From a virus, in IMG/VR virus record IMGVR_UViG_3300021181_000006, positions 1 to 64,000 of that record: a stretch of DNA of 64,000 bases, one strand, 5' to 3'. The notes under the pieces are model-generated. The model was given only the letters and a program-made list of their open reading frames with translations, made no database searches and was not told the DNA's origin. The position numbers were made by a program, and so were the translations under genes. Below are positions 47,149 through 57,596 of this stretch, one piece after another. Position 1 is the stretch's first letter, and the number at the start of each line of letters is the position of its first letter.

Positions 47149-49036
47149 CTCTACCTACTGCTGAGTTGATATCATTCTGTAATGCTAACGCAGCATCGTA
47201 TTTATGAGTATCAGTTCCCGAGATAGTGTAGCTAGATTGAGCGTTCAAGCTATAGCCAGTTGGGACATTAAAGATCAATGATGACTTACCTAAGTTTTTA
47301 GGTGGCTCAGTCGTTTCATCGGCTAATGTAACTTTAATATTTAGGTAGTTAAAATAGTCTTTTGCTGTAATGATATTACGATAAGTATATTTATATTCGA
47401 ATGCTCTCGGATTAGCTACGTTTTGTGTATAGAGCGGAGTAGCTTGAGCCGTACCACTATTGGTAGCTATTGGATATACCGTAGAAGCAATATCTGCAAT
47501 ACTATACTGTTGGTTATTTGCTAACTTATAGCTCACAGAAGAACGTTTAGCACTCGCAATATTCGGACCGCCTAAAGCTGCATGCTTGGTTTTATCGTCA
47601 ATAATATTAGCGCCAAACATCGCTGCATAGGTCGCATCAGAACCCTCAGGGCGATAATTTTGAGACATCCAAGTCGGTAGTGGAGGATAGGTTAATCCTG
47701 ATGGGTCGTTTCTATCAGCCGGATACACATGCGTAAAGTTGATGATAGACGATGCAGAGCCTTCAGCACTGAGTGTATGCGTAACAGAATCGACCATCCC
47801 GAATAGAGATTGATGTGGGTCAAAAATAGCGCCAGGATATCCAACGATACAATATGGATGAAAAATACCATTAAGAGAACAGCGGCGTAAGGCGAACTTA
47901 GCTTCAACAAACTGATAATATGCATACGCTTGATAGGTACTCTGTAATGCGAGCAATGATGGGTCTGTAGCTGCAGCAATAGCTTGGTTAGCTCTCTCAT
48001 AGTTTAAGTTTAACTCCAAAGGCAAGATACCACCATCTATTTCTTCTGGAGATAAGAAATCTTTGATAATAGCAGCATTTCCTACAGTGGTATTCAATGC
48101 TAAACCACTTCGAGAATCATTAAAGAAGAACATAGAGCGATAACCACCAGCAACTGGTACATTTTCCGTAGTCATCAACATACGGGTTGGCTCAGTGAAG
48201 TGGTCTACGCCATAGCCACTCATAGATGAATACATTCCTGGAAAGAATGTATTAAAAACTGGTGGAGTGCTAAAGTGATTCTTCGGCTTAAAAATAGATA
48301 ATGTAGGTATTCCACCGTAATTCGTAGGTCCAACGACTGGCACACGAATATAGGCAGCAATATCCATAAAATAAGCAAGAACAGCCTCTAGTGAGGTATT
48401 ACCAGTAAACTTATTCGCAATGACATTCCGAATGAAATCATTAGCAATATTATTCGTCAGAATAGCTTTGAGATTGTTATCAGGCAGAGATATAAAGCGA
48501 GGTACTACCTTGTTTCTCGTATTAGCATCCTGGAAATAAGGAACGTTGTTCCAACAGGTCTGGATCAGTTGCGTTAAGATAGACCCGAAATCAGCTGGGC
48601 TCGCCTTTGATACTATGGCAGTGATCAGGTTCGCAAAAGTACCACTTCCCAGTGGCTGGAGATTAATCTCTTGTCCAGTATGGAATATAGCTTTTACAGG
48701 AGCACTCAGCGCATCACCAAAATTCTCAAATATAGCGCGAGTCATATAGGACAGCGCGTTGGAGTGATCAGCTCCTAAAATCTGCATCTGTAACGATCCA
48801 GATGACTTCGACATACCCCATCCACGGAACTCACCATCCCAAAGTACTTTCCAAACCCGACCTTCTTGGAAGAGTACGAGCATATTGCTACGTGCTACAA
48901 TATTCTTCACGTATTCAGATGGGATTACATCAATGACGCAAGTAGATGCTTGGTTTACTGCACTCGTAATCGATACCGTAGTGAATGGAATCTCACAGCC
49001 CTCGATATAGAGCTTTGCATTAATACGTTGGGCCAT
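47138..49036 (-). CDS. Probable baseplate hub protein
   Basis: KLYIEGCEIPFTTVSI...VLWDGEFRG beta pattern; closing GIFHPYCIVGYPG motif; position after the tube-initiator-like gene. Confidence 0.55.
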   Translation of the reverse strand: MAQRINAKLYIEGCEIPFTTVSITSAVNQASTCVIDVIPSEYVKNIVARSNMLVLFQEGRVWKVLWDGEFRGWGMSKSSGSLQMQILGADHSNALSYMTRAIFENFGDALSAPVKAIFHTGQEINLQPLGSGTFANLITAIVSKASPADFGSILTQLIQTCWNNVPYFQDANTRNKVVPRFISLPDNNLKAILTNNIANDFIRNVIANKFTGNTSLEAVLAYFMDIAAYIRVPVVGPTNYGGIPTLSIFKPKNHFSTPPVFNTFFPGMYSSMSGYGVDHFTEPTRMLMTTENVPVAGGYRSMFFFNDSRSGLALNTTVGNAAIIKDFLSPEEIDGGILPLELNLNYERANQAIAAATDPSLLALQSTYQAYAYYQFVEAKFALRRCSLNGIFHPYCIVGYPGAIFDPHQSLFGMVDSVTHTLSAEGSASSIINFTHVYPADRNDPSGLTYPPLPTWMSQNYRPEGSDATYAAMFGANIIDDKTKHAALGGPNIASAKRSSVSYKLANNQQYSIADIASTVYPIATNSGTAQATPLYTQNVANPRAFEYKYTYRNIITAKDYFNYLNIKVTLADETTEPPKNLGKSSLIFNVPTGYSLNAQSSYTISGTDTHKYDAALALQNDINSAVGRDGR

Positions 49037-52026
49037 TAGATGGTTTCCGTTACACTCGTGCCTTGGGTCGTGCCCACGATAGCAAAGTTATAGACGAATG
49101 TCAAACCACTAAATGTCTGATCAGTTAATGATATTTTATTGAGATTATTAGATGGACTACCAGTAATATTTGATAAACTAATCACTAATGCTGCTAATTG
49201 AGCAGTATATTGCATGGGCGGAACGACAGTATTATTCATGAGAATTACTACTGAATTAGCTGCTACTTCAGACCCTGTCACATCGCCAGCCTGAGCGAGA
49301 GTGATCCCACCAATGGTAAATTGTATTTTACAAGTTTGCGGTGTCTGCGTACCATTTTTGGTTACTTGGATATTTGCTAGTGCATTCAGTACTGACTCAG
49401 CAATAGTCGAACCAGATGGAGGCGCATACATCACTGGAGCAGATGTTGTGCCAGCAGTAATCGTCACACTTAAATTAGCCGCTAAGAAATTAACATCAGG
49501 TGGCGAAGAAAACTGCAATAAACATCGTCTAATAAGCAATGCTCCTGGAGCACCAGTAGTACTGATAAACGATCCTGTATAGAATGATGGATCCAGTCCG
49601 GTCATATCACGAGCTGATATCAGAGTGCTCGTCCCAGCAGATTTTGGTGGTATGACCGTAATATTAAAATCAATCAGATTTCCAGCAAAGGAATATCCAA
49701 CTAATTTATAAATCATTGGATTACCAACGACTAATGGTATATTCCCATTATAGTTAATAACGCAATTAAGTGTAAATACAGCGATAGTCGGATCGCTGCC
49801 AGCGGAAGGTTGGATAGTAAGTACACAATTAGCGATATCCTGGGAAGGCTGCGTACTGTTCGTAGCAGTAATATTATTTTGGTTAAACTGAATAGAGTTA
49901 ACAAAAACGTCAGATGAAAATGGTATATTCGTGTTGGTACTACCATTTTGTTGAGTTACTTGAGCCGTTGCAGTAAAGGTACGAGAATTTAAGCTCGTAG
50001 TAGTAGCAGTGGCTGAGGTCAGATCCATAGTAGCGTTAAACAGATAATCACTACTCGATACCAGTGATGGGCTTTGTATACCGCCAGTCAATCCTTCTGG
50101 AGAGCCTTCAGGATTCAGCGTAACCGTTATCCCAGATAGAATCACCATGCCATTGAGCTGAAGATTATTCTTCGCTGTAGCTCCAACTCCACTAAAAGAC
50201 ATCTGAACCCTAAGCGTCGCTGATCCCAACTGAGACATGAGCGTCGTGATAGAGCTAGGAATGAGTGCTGGTTGTAAGATGAGCGCATACTGCTGACCAG
50301 CTGCACCGCCAGTAGAATAGGTAGTACCTGCTGCATTTTGCTGAGCCACGCCAGTGCTCGATGTGGTCGCCAAGGATAACGCCTGAGATAAATCACCAAA
50401 CAGTACTTGATCATTAGGGTTATCTGTACTTGATATGGTATATTTAACCTGAAATTCAGTGATACCATTACTTGATTGTGCTTGAGGATCAGTAGTTGGT
50501 AATGGAGTCAGCGTATCCTTCTGAAAGAATACTGGTTTAATAGTAAAAGCGTCTGACTGCAATATTGGATTAGACCCACCACTCGTTATAGTTTTAGTGA
50601 GATTCGATGTTCCTACTGATAAGTTATTTGATGAACCTGTTAATATTGCCAAGCCTATGTCAGTGTCATCAAGATTAGCTTTTACAGCAGATGCCTGTGC
50701 AGTGGTCAGTTCATCCGACTCCAATAGGAGTTCAGTAGCTACTGCAGTAATATCAGGATCATTCTGCTGAGTTTCATTTTCAACGAACATCGATATGGAC
50801 ACTGTAGCCATATTATCATTGTCAGATGATTCATTAAACTGCGCAGCTAACACATAACCACGACGTGTGTTATTTTCGAAAGTAATAACAACTTTCGTGT
50901 TATTTACTACGCATGCAGTGCCACGTAATAAAAGATCATAAGCATATTTGAAACGATCTTTCCACGGATTATTTCTTGTATTCTCTAAAACAAAGCTGTA
51001 GTTATAGACTCGTGCTCTACGATTAAAGAAATAAATCATAGGGCTTGAGAAGGTCTCAATGATCTGATACTTTTCAGTATCGGCTTCAGAAATACTTTGG
51101 AGCCAGAAGGTCTCTAAGGTAAATATATTATAATCGCTAATATCAGTACTATTAGGGCTCTCAGAATAAATAGCGAGTGTCGCTTTTTTATTGAGTTTAC
51201 TTAAAAATGGCTTTCTGAATGCGAAAACATCATTCACATCCTGATTTGTATCTGGAAAAATAATATTTGTAACAGGTATAGTACTTATTTCAAATGCAAC
51301 AGATGCTGCTTCAGGCGCTGTGCTTGCAGCTGAGCTATCACGAGATATAAGTGCTGCGCGGCGAGTAGCAGTAGAAAGAGTATAGTCACTGAGATCTCCA
51401 ACGGCGTTTTTTACCGTAGCGGCAGCAGCAATATACGCCACGGCTGCTGGTCCACTCAAGCCTTCAGCCGCTGCGCTTGCAGCTACTGCGTTATAATTTT
51501 GCTGTTGATTAGACTGTTGATCCAAGACAGATTGTGCTGTAATACCAGCTGCTGCTGTGACTTGGCTTGTGAGATAGGCTGCACTCGCAGCAGTAATATC
51601 AGCTAAGATATCGCTGGCGAAATAAGCTACCTGATTAATGATAAGTGGTACCAACAATGTCTGAGCAGCCGTTAACTGTGATGCTGTCTTACCAGTCGAG
51701 GTTACCACGATTGACGAGGTATTACCGTAGATATCAGATACAGCTAATTGTGAATTAATCGTAGGAAAATCAGAAATAAAGAATGTGGGTCCAGACACTG
51801 TTCCTAATGCCTGAAAGCTCATAGCTGCAGTAAAATACGTATTAATATCTAAAACTGTGGCTGTAGCTGTCTGTAAATCTGCAGTAGGATCCTGTACGAG
51901 CTGCACCTGGGGTGCGGTATATCCAGCGCTCTGACCAGTCGATGTGGCTGGAATCACTGTTACTGGAGGTACAGTTGTCTGAGACTCCATCGCTGAAGCG
52001 GCATAAGTCGATACGGGAGGTGACAT
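49036..52026 (-). CDS. Tail/baseplate protein with tube-initiator-like central domain
   Basis: FWLQSISEADTEKYQIIETF...YNYSFVL...RGYVL segment; context. Confidence 0.5.
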   Translation of the reverse strand: MSPPVSTYAASAMESQTTVPPVTVIPATSTGQSAGYTAPQVQLVQDPTADLQTATATVLDINTYFTAAMSFQALGTVSGPTFFISDFPTINSQLAVSDIYGNTSSIVVTSTGKTASQLTAAQTLLVPLIINQVAYFASDILADITAASAAYLTSQVTAAAGITAQSVLDQQSNQQQNYNAVAASAAAEGLSGPAAVAYIAAAATVKNAVGDLSDYTLSTATRRAALISRDSSAASTAPEAASVAFEISTIPVTNIIFPDTNQDVNDVFAFRKPFLSKLNKKATLAIYSESPNSTDISDYNIFTLETFWLQSISEADTEKYQIIETFSSPMIYFFNRRARVYNYSFVLENTRNNPWKDRFKYAYDLLLRGTACVVNNTKVVITFENNTRRGYVLAAQFNESSDNDNMATVSISMFVENETQQNDPDITAVATELLLESDELTTAQASAVKANLDDTDIGLAILTGSSNNLSVGTSNLTKTITSGGSNPILQSDAFTIKPVFFQKDTLTPLPTTDPQAQSSNGITEFQVKYTISSTDNPNDQVLFGDLSQALSLATTSSTGVAQQNAAGTTYSTGGAAGQQYALILQPALIPSSITTLMSQLGSATLRVQMSFSGVGATAKNNLQLNGMVILSGITVTLNPEGSPEGLTGGIQSPSLVSSSDYLFNATMDLTSATATTTSLNSRTFTATAQVTQQNGSTNTNIPFSSDVFVNSIQFNQNNITATNSTQPSQDIANCVLTIQPSAGSDPTIAVFTLNCVINYNGNIPLVVGNPMIYKLVGYSFAGNLIDFNITVIPPKSAGTSTLISARDMTGLDPSFYTGSFISTTGAPGALLIRRCLLQFSSPPDVNFLAANLSVTITAGTTSAPVMYAPPSGSTIAESVLNALANIQVTKNGTQTPQTCKIQFTIGGITLAQAGDVTGSEVAANSVVILMNNTVVPPMQYTAQLAALVISLSNITGSPSNNLNKISLTDQTFSGLTFVYNFAIVGTTQGTSVTETI

Positions 52027-52028
52027 AG

Positions 52029-52733
52029 TTACGTCTTCTGTAAGCAGGCTGCCTGCAATGGAGTCATGTTATTCTGAGTATTGGATGGAGTGCTGAGGGT
52101 TGGATCTATCATACCAGCTACAGGGGTATCGCCAGTTTCATCAATACCAGCTCGCAGTAACCACGCCTGTGCGGATGCGGCAGCTGAAGATGGAGTAAGT
52201 TCTTGGACAAACTGTCCTTGGGTGAGAGCATTGGGCAACGGTTGTGAAAAGCTAGCAATAAATGTGTTGGTACTTTTTGGACCATAGAGTACCCCGAATT
52301 GAGCATTATACAGATTCGTAAGGTCGGCACCTGGATTAGTGGCTGAACGTACCGCAGCATTCTGTGGGCTATTAATAGCATTTTGAATATAAGCGCCAGA
52401 CGGATCATAGAAGTTCTGTAACTTCGCCTGCATATAACGAGACATTTTCTCAACGCAGTAGTACAGTCCTGAATAGACTTTCTTCTGTAAAGTGGTCGGT
52501 GTAATGACTGGTTGAGGTGCATTGGCCTGCAACTCAGCTGGAGATCCAGACAGTGTACTCTGAACGATCAGGCCAGTAAGAATATTCGTTCCTGATGGAC
52601 GGACATTCTTAGCCTCACTCTGAGCCTGTAACTGAGCAGGAGTCGCTATTTGAGTAGCGTTCTTGCCAGATGGAGGAGCGAAGAAGTTATTAATCGTTCC
52701 TGAATTAATCTGCTGTGTATTAAGATCGGTCAT
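52029..52733 (-). CDS. Hypothetical tail protein
   Basis: 234-aa ORF after the tape measure gene. Confidence 0.55.
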   Translation of the reverse strand: MTDLNTQQINSGTINNFFAPPSGKNATQIATPAQLQAQSEAKNVRPSGTNILTGLIVQSTLSGSPAELQANAPQPVITPTTLQKKVYSGLYYCVEKMSRYMQAKLQNFYDPSGAYIQNAINSPQNAAVRSATNPGADLTNLYNAQFGVLYGPKSTNTFIASFSQPLPNALTQGQFVQELTPSSAAASAQAWLLRAGIDETGDTPVAGMIDPTLSTPSNTQNNMTPLQAACLQKT

Positions 52734-52816
52734 TTTTGTTTCAACTTCTTAATGATACGGGCTAATTCTAGGAGTTGCTTAGCAAACTCAGCTAATTGTT
52801 GCGGATTAGGCTTCAT
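52730..52816 (-). CDS. 28-aa peptide resembling the tape measure C-terminus (not in ORF track)
   Basis: MKPNPQQLAEFAKQLLELARIIKKLKQK; ATGA overlaps at both ends. Confidence 0.6.
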   Translation of the reverse strand: MKPNPQQLAEFAKQLLELARIIKKLKQK

Positions 52817-55800
52817 TTGTTCTTCATTTCTTTAACGACATTAGCTAACTCAACAGCACTGTGTCCAAAATCCGCCAGAGATTTCGCCTCTGAAGCGCCA
52901 GCAGGACCAGCGTGTGCTCCACCAATTTCATTAGCAATAAGATCTTTCTTGAGCGCATCAGCACCTTCAGTGGTGAAAGTTTTCTTTAACGCCTGTAGCT
53001 GACTATCATCTACATTCACCCCAAATTTATCACCAAAAGCCTTCGTGCTAGAGAAATCAGCGTTTGAGATATTAGACTCAAAGGTACTCACTACTCTCTT
53101 CAATGTTGGGTCAGCACGTACTGCATCTCGGAAGGATTGCTCTTTGAGATCTCCCATCAGCATACCGATCTTGCCATTAAAGCTTCCGCCATCTGATCCC
53201 AGAGCATATAATTTCTTATACGTAGAAGAATCTCCACGGTAGTCTTCGGCCATACCAGAGAACTTTTCAGCAAGATCCTGATTAAATTTCTTACCGGTAC
53301 TAGATTGACGTAAATGATCTACGGCTGCTTTCAGACCACCGATATTACCACTTGGCAATTTACCAGTCTTACCGAAATCCTTAATAGCATCAGTAATCTC
53401 ACTATCTAATCCCATACCCTTGGTGAGTTCCAAGAAATTACCAACTGAAGTCTGACGTGCACCAGCGTCACCACTGGATCCAGCATCTAAGACATCTGAA
53501 AGCGCTGATAAAGCATCTGTATTATCAGTCAGTTGATCAAGCCCTTTATCTACAGAACGATGGAATGGATTCCAGCTTCCCTGATCGAAGAAGCTCGTCA
53601 ATTGTTTAGCAACTGCCGTACCCTCATCTGGATTACCTTTAACATAAGTATTATAGACAGCGAGATCAGCGCCCTCTAAGAGATTGCCCTTCATCATACC
53701 TTCATTTTGCATGAAGTTTGATACCATGTCAGTACTATAGCCTGTATTCTGAGAGATCTGTTTCACTGCTGCTGCAATTTTAATCGTATTATCAGCAGTT
53801 ACACTGTACTGTCCTAACACACCAGCACTTGACATGGCAGAGAACATTTTCTTTTTAAAGGCAGGATCCTGCATTGTTGCGGACTCAGCCTTCGAAAAAT
53901 TCTTTCCGATGTTCCATGAGGTTACAGCATTATCGTAGGCTTGGCCCATATTCTTGCCAAGAATTGATTGCTCATTATTAGTAGATAAAGATTTAATTAA
54001 TCCATATGATCCACCAATAGCTGCACCTGTTCCTACGGCTGCTAATCCTCCACTAATACTGCCAGCCCAAAATCCACGAAGAGCGCCCCAACCAGCGCCA
54101 GCTAAAGCACCAACAGCCATTCCTACTGGTCCTCCTTCAATGCCCTCTATAGCACCAGTAAGAGCTCCTGATCCAATACTAGCTAACATGACACCACTGG
54201 TGTATCCACTAAAACCAGCACCAGCACCAACCCATGTTCCCGCTGCTGTCATAGCTCCAGTATGATTTGGAGTGCTGAGCTGAAGTGCTGGATCTGAGTT
54301 AAATGAGTTCTTATAATCACCATTTAATAAGAAACGCTGTTCGTCTCCAGAACTAATTGAACCATATCCACCTTGTCCTAAGGCACGTTCTTTAGCACGG
54401 TTCGCTATAATATCCTCGGGACTAGAGCCATATGCCCAATCTGAAATTCTTTCCTGAATAGCGGCTCTTGGATTATTATAAAGAGTATTCTCCATACGGG
54501 TTACAAAACCGCCAAAGCTATTCTCTTGATAATCCAAATCTAATGCTCGTTTACGTTGAGACATCTTCATTGCGCCTGCTGCAGCTCGACGAGTATTAGC
54601 CATGGATCTCTGGCCATCTTCAGTGAAGTTACTCTGAACGAAAGCATTAGCAGTATTAGAATCTCCACCGAACATAGTCTCAGAAGCCAACATCTTCATC
54701 ATGTTGACGTCTTCTTGGCTGCCCTGATTAAAATCACGGCTATTCACTGACTTAAAGACTTGTTCTAATGATGCACGTTGCATGGCTAGGGTATTTGTCG
54801 TTCCAGCTTGAGCGAGGATATCCTGTTTATTAGCCTGAAAATTAGCATAGCTTTGTATCGAATTAATATTCGATGAGGCCATCATACCCACATTACCGAA
54901 TCCACCCTGCAGCGCTTGATTGAACTTACCCTGATTAAACTGTCCACCCTGCATACCAGCCATCAAGTACATCTGGCCTTGATTTGTAGCATAATTAATA
55001 GTACTAGCAGTTAATCCTGCAGCTAAGTTCTCAACACCGCCAGCTTGCTGAATGATATTCTCGTTCAGAATACCGCTAGTATATAGGTTATTTGTAGAAG
55101 CTAAGTTATTACGTCCCAGGATACCACCCATAGCGACGTTATAGCCAGTGCCACGAGCCAAGTTAGATCCGATAAGAGCCCCGCCAAGAAGTTCAGTTGT
55201 ATTCAGTCCACTTGCTAATCCAAGAGCCGCTGTGCTTTGGAGGAACTGACTCTGAGCACCGATACTAGTAACGCCCATCGACTGACGTAACTGCCCCATA
55301 GTCTGAGCAGCTTCCTGAATGGTCATTCCAGTAGCCTTAGCTACGTTCTGAGTCTCTCTGAGTATATCGGCAACTCTACTCAGCATTTCTGCAGAATTAT
55401 TTGATCCAATGAACTGACCAGTCTCAGCAGCAATACCAGTCACAGCACGGGCTTGTTCATAGTTAATGCCGAGATCATTAAGGGCCAGATTATAAATACC
55501 ATGAGCAGCGCTCATGGATTCCTGACGGCTTAAACCAGAGCCAGCGATAGCACTCGAAGCGCCAAACTTAATAAATCTACGTGAATATGATTCAATATCT
55601 GAAGCCATGGCTTCATCACGAGCCACATCAATTCCAGCTAGATTTAATGGAGATAATCCACTTCCTAAAACACGTGCTCGTAAATTATTACTAGCCTCAG
55701 CCTGGAAATCACTCTGGTACATATTCTGTGGAGCACGTGTCAGCCCTACAGATGCACCAATATCCTTCATGAAGGTAGAGCGGTAGCTCGTCTCGTACAT

Positions 55801-56193
55801 GGGATCAACGCCCCAGAACGATTGTGCGCGTTGCTGGAATGGACGATTTAACTCAGAGATGAATGGCTGTGACATAGCATAGCTGGTTGCTCCTCCAGCA
55901 GTGTCCACTACTGGTGCCCCAACGCGTTGTGCAATGCTATTGACAGATTGTGTCAGTTTGGTGATATCTGACTCAAAACGAGAATAACCTAAAGCGCTCA
56001 CTTGCTGTACAGAAGGTAAGTTTCCTACAGTAGAAGCTACTGCATTACCCTGAAAGAACTGATTGGTGCTGAGGTTCGTAGCCTGGACTGACTCCAGAGA
56101 TACGAGCTTCTGCATCGATTCATTAATGCTCTGAAGCTGGTCTAATTGCCCAGCTTCATTTGCTTTTGAGTTAAAGTCATCAATTTCAGGCAT
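52813..56193 (-). CDS. Tape measure protein
   Basis: 1126 aa, A/G/S-rich helical, Gly-rich hydrophobic segment, follows the chaperone pair. Confidence 0.78.
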   Translation of the reverse strand: MPEIDDFNSKANEAGQLDQLQSINESMQKLVSLESVQATNLSTNQFFQGNAVASTVGNLPSVQQVSALGYSRFESDITKLTQSVNSIAQRVGAPVVDTAGGATSYAMSQPFISELNRPFQQRAQSFWGVDPMYETSYRSTFMKDIGASVGLTRAPQNMYQSDFQAEASNNLRARVLGSGLSPLNLAGIDVARDEAMASDIESYSRRFIKFGASSAIAGSGLSRQESMSAAHGIYNLALNDLGINYEQARAVTGIAAETGQFIGSNNSAEMLSRVADILRETQNVAKATGMTIQEAAQTMGQLRQSMGVTSIGAQSQFLQSTAALGLASGLNTTELLGGALIGSNLARGTGYNVAMGGILGRNNLASTNNLYTSGILNENIIQQAGGVENLAAGLTASTINYATNQGQMYLMAGMQGGQFNQGKFNQALQGGFGNVGMMASSNINSIQSYANFQANKQDILAQAGTTNTLAMQRASLEQVFKSVNSRDFNQGSQEDVNMMKMLASETMFGGDSNTANAFVQSNFTEDGQRSMANTRRAAAGAMKMSQRKRALDLDYQENSFGGFVTRMENTLYNNPRAAIQERISDWAYGSSPEDIIANRAKERALGQGGYGSISSGDEQRFLLNGDYKNSFNSDPALQLSTPNHTGAMTAAGTWVGAGAGFSGYTSGVMLASIGSGALTGAIEGIEGGPVGMAVGALAGAGWGALRGFWAGSISGGLAAVGTGAAIGGSYGLIKSLSTNNEQSILGKNMGQAYDNAVTSWNIGKNFSKAESATMQDPAFKKKMFSAMSSAGVLGQYSVTADNTIKIAAAVKQISQNTGYSTDMVSNFMQNEGMMKGNLLEGADLAVYNTYVKGNPDEGTAVAKQLTSFFDQGSWNPFHRSVDKGLDQLTDNTDALSALSDVLDAGSSGDAGARQTSVGNFLELTKGMGLDSEITDAIKDFGKTGKLPSGNIGGLKAAVDHLRQSSTGKKFNQDLAEKFSGMAEDYRGDSSTYKKLYALGSDGGSFNGKIGMLMGDLKEQSFRDAVRADPTLKRVVSTFESNISNADFSSTKAFGDKFGVNVDDSQLQALKKTFTTEGADALKKDLIANEIGGAHAGPAGASEAKSLADFGHSAVELANVVKEMKNK

Positions 56194-57057
56194 TACCAGG
56201 CACTCGCTTAATACGTATGATACCGTCTTTGTACTCAGCAGTGAAGGTAGTATCTTTCTCCTTGGCCATGGATGCTTGTTTTTTCAAGATATCTTCGTAA
56301 ACAGCCTCTGGATCCTTCGGTAAGACAAGATCTTCCAGCATTTTCAGAGATTTTGTTATATCTTTACCTGGACTACACGATGCATGTGCTAAAATCTGCA
56401 TCTGCATGAACTCATGCTGTTTACGTTGAATATAACAAAGATAGGTAGCTCTACCATGAGGGCTATTATCAAGGGGATCGACCCCATCAATCTGGGCGTT
56501 CAGGGCAAACCAGACTGAAGGAGTCCTTAAGAGTTTTTTAGTGAAAATCTCAATCCACAGTTAATCCAGCGAGTGAACTGTGTATATTCTTTCCATAATT
56601 CAGCGAAAATAACTTCATTAATCTGCTGCACAGCGGCAACAGCCTGTACAAAGTCCTTTGGCACTGGAACGGTCTTGTCAGGGACTCCAAATCGACGGAT
56701 AGCCTTAGCTAAGATCAATACCAGTGAGATATTCTGGATATACATCCCAGTCTCATCACGATAATTCTTAAGAGCCTTATCTACCTCTAATGAGTCACCT
56801 TTGCTTAAATTAGCGATCTCTACTTCAAAAAGCTTGGTCTTCACACGAACAGATACGTTGCCAACCACAACTAGATCAGCTAAATCAACATCTTTGTACT
56901 TCTCACGATTATTCTCAAAGAATGTTCTATCAACCTCTTCTCCTGCCAACTGGACTTTACCATTTAAGGTTTCTACTTCATTTTGAAGGATTTCCAGCTG
57001 CTTCTCTAGCGCTGTACGCTTGTCTTCGAGTTCAACTTGTTTAGCGGGCTTTGTCAT
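56186..57057 (-). CDS. Tail assembly chaperone GT-type frameshift product (about 290 aa)
   Basis: -1 frame after the slippery site is open from 56533 to 56189 and contains the 73-aa track ORF. Confidence 0.8.
56527..57057 (-). CDS. Tail assembly chaperone G-type (176 aa)
   Basis: Directly upstream of the tape measure gene; ends ...CTA AAA AAC TCT TAA. Confidence 0.8.
   Translation of the reverse strand: MTKPAKQVELEDKRTALEKQLEILQNEVETLNGKVQLAGEEVDRTFFENNREKYKDVDLADLVVVGNVSVRVKTKLFEVEIANLSKGDSLEVDKALKNYRDETGMYIQNISLVLILAKAIRRFGVPDKTVPVPKDFVQAVAAVQQINEVIFAELWKEYTQFTRWINCGLRFSLKNS
56533..56539 (-). promoter_or_regulatory. -1 ribosomal slippery heptamer A_AAA_AAC
   Basis: In-frame X_XXY_YYZ followed by a downstream hairpin (AGTCTGG...CCAGATT). 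Confidence 0.8.
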
Positions 57058-57099
57058 TGTAATCCTTTTTGGTATGCTTAGAGTACCGAGTAATATCCA

Positions 57100-57558
57100 A
57101 TGTCAAACCCTTTCGCATTGAATCCCTTTCATAAAGGGAAGTCCTACATACCTCTCAAGTTGAGCCCAGCTCCTCAAGAGATAGAGAAAAAGAAATACTA
57201 TGAAGAATGCACCGCCTGTGGCTCCGATGTCTCCCGTGGAACCAGAATCGTCTGCACTGAGTGTGGAAAGCCCTACTGTGGCGATCACGCCGACATCGAA
57301 TCCGGTATCTGCAATCGATGCGCTAAAGACGCAGCTGGAAGGGCTCAGCGCAAGATACGATCAACTGAAAGACGTCTCCGAGAAGGAGAAAGACTCGACC
57401 TTGAAAGCATTGCTCGGGATGAGCCTGGCCTACGCAGACCAGCAGATCAATTCGACGGTAGCCTTAATGGTGGATCAGTATCTCCAAAGCCAAAATTTCG
57501 TACCATCGAAGACTATCGAGCCGAGCAAGCCGATAAAGCGGCAAAGAGGAAGCGTTAA
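57100..57558 (+). CDS. Zinc-finger protein
   Basis: CxxC-x11-CxxC-x4-CxxH-x7-CxxC pattern. Confidence 0.55.
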   Translation: MSNPFALNPFHKGKSYIPLKLSPAPQEIEKKKYYEECTACGSDVSRGTRIVCTECGKPYCGDHADIESGICNRCAKDAAGRAQRKIRSTERRLREGERLDLESIARDEPGLRRPADQFDGSLNGGSVSPKPKFRTIEDYRAEQADKAAKRKR

Positions 57559-57568
57559 CGGGACTCCC

Positions 57569-57596
57569 TTGACACCATAAAGTGCCGCGCTATCTT
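57569..57596 (+). promoter_or_regulatory. Sigma70-like promoter for the replication module
   Basis: TTGACA 57569-57574, 16 nt, TATCTT. Confidence 0.45.

Noticed and set aside
37504-54265. Long antisense ORFs in baseplate and tape measure genes (37504-38100, 45787-46101, 53954-54265)
   Set aside because: Compositions match antisense shadows of repetitive Gly/Ala/Thr codons
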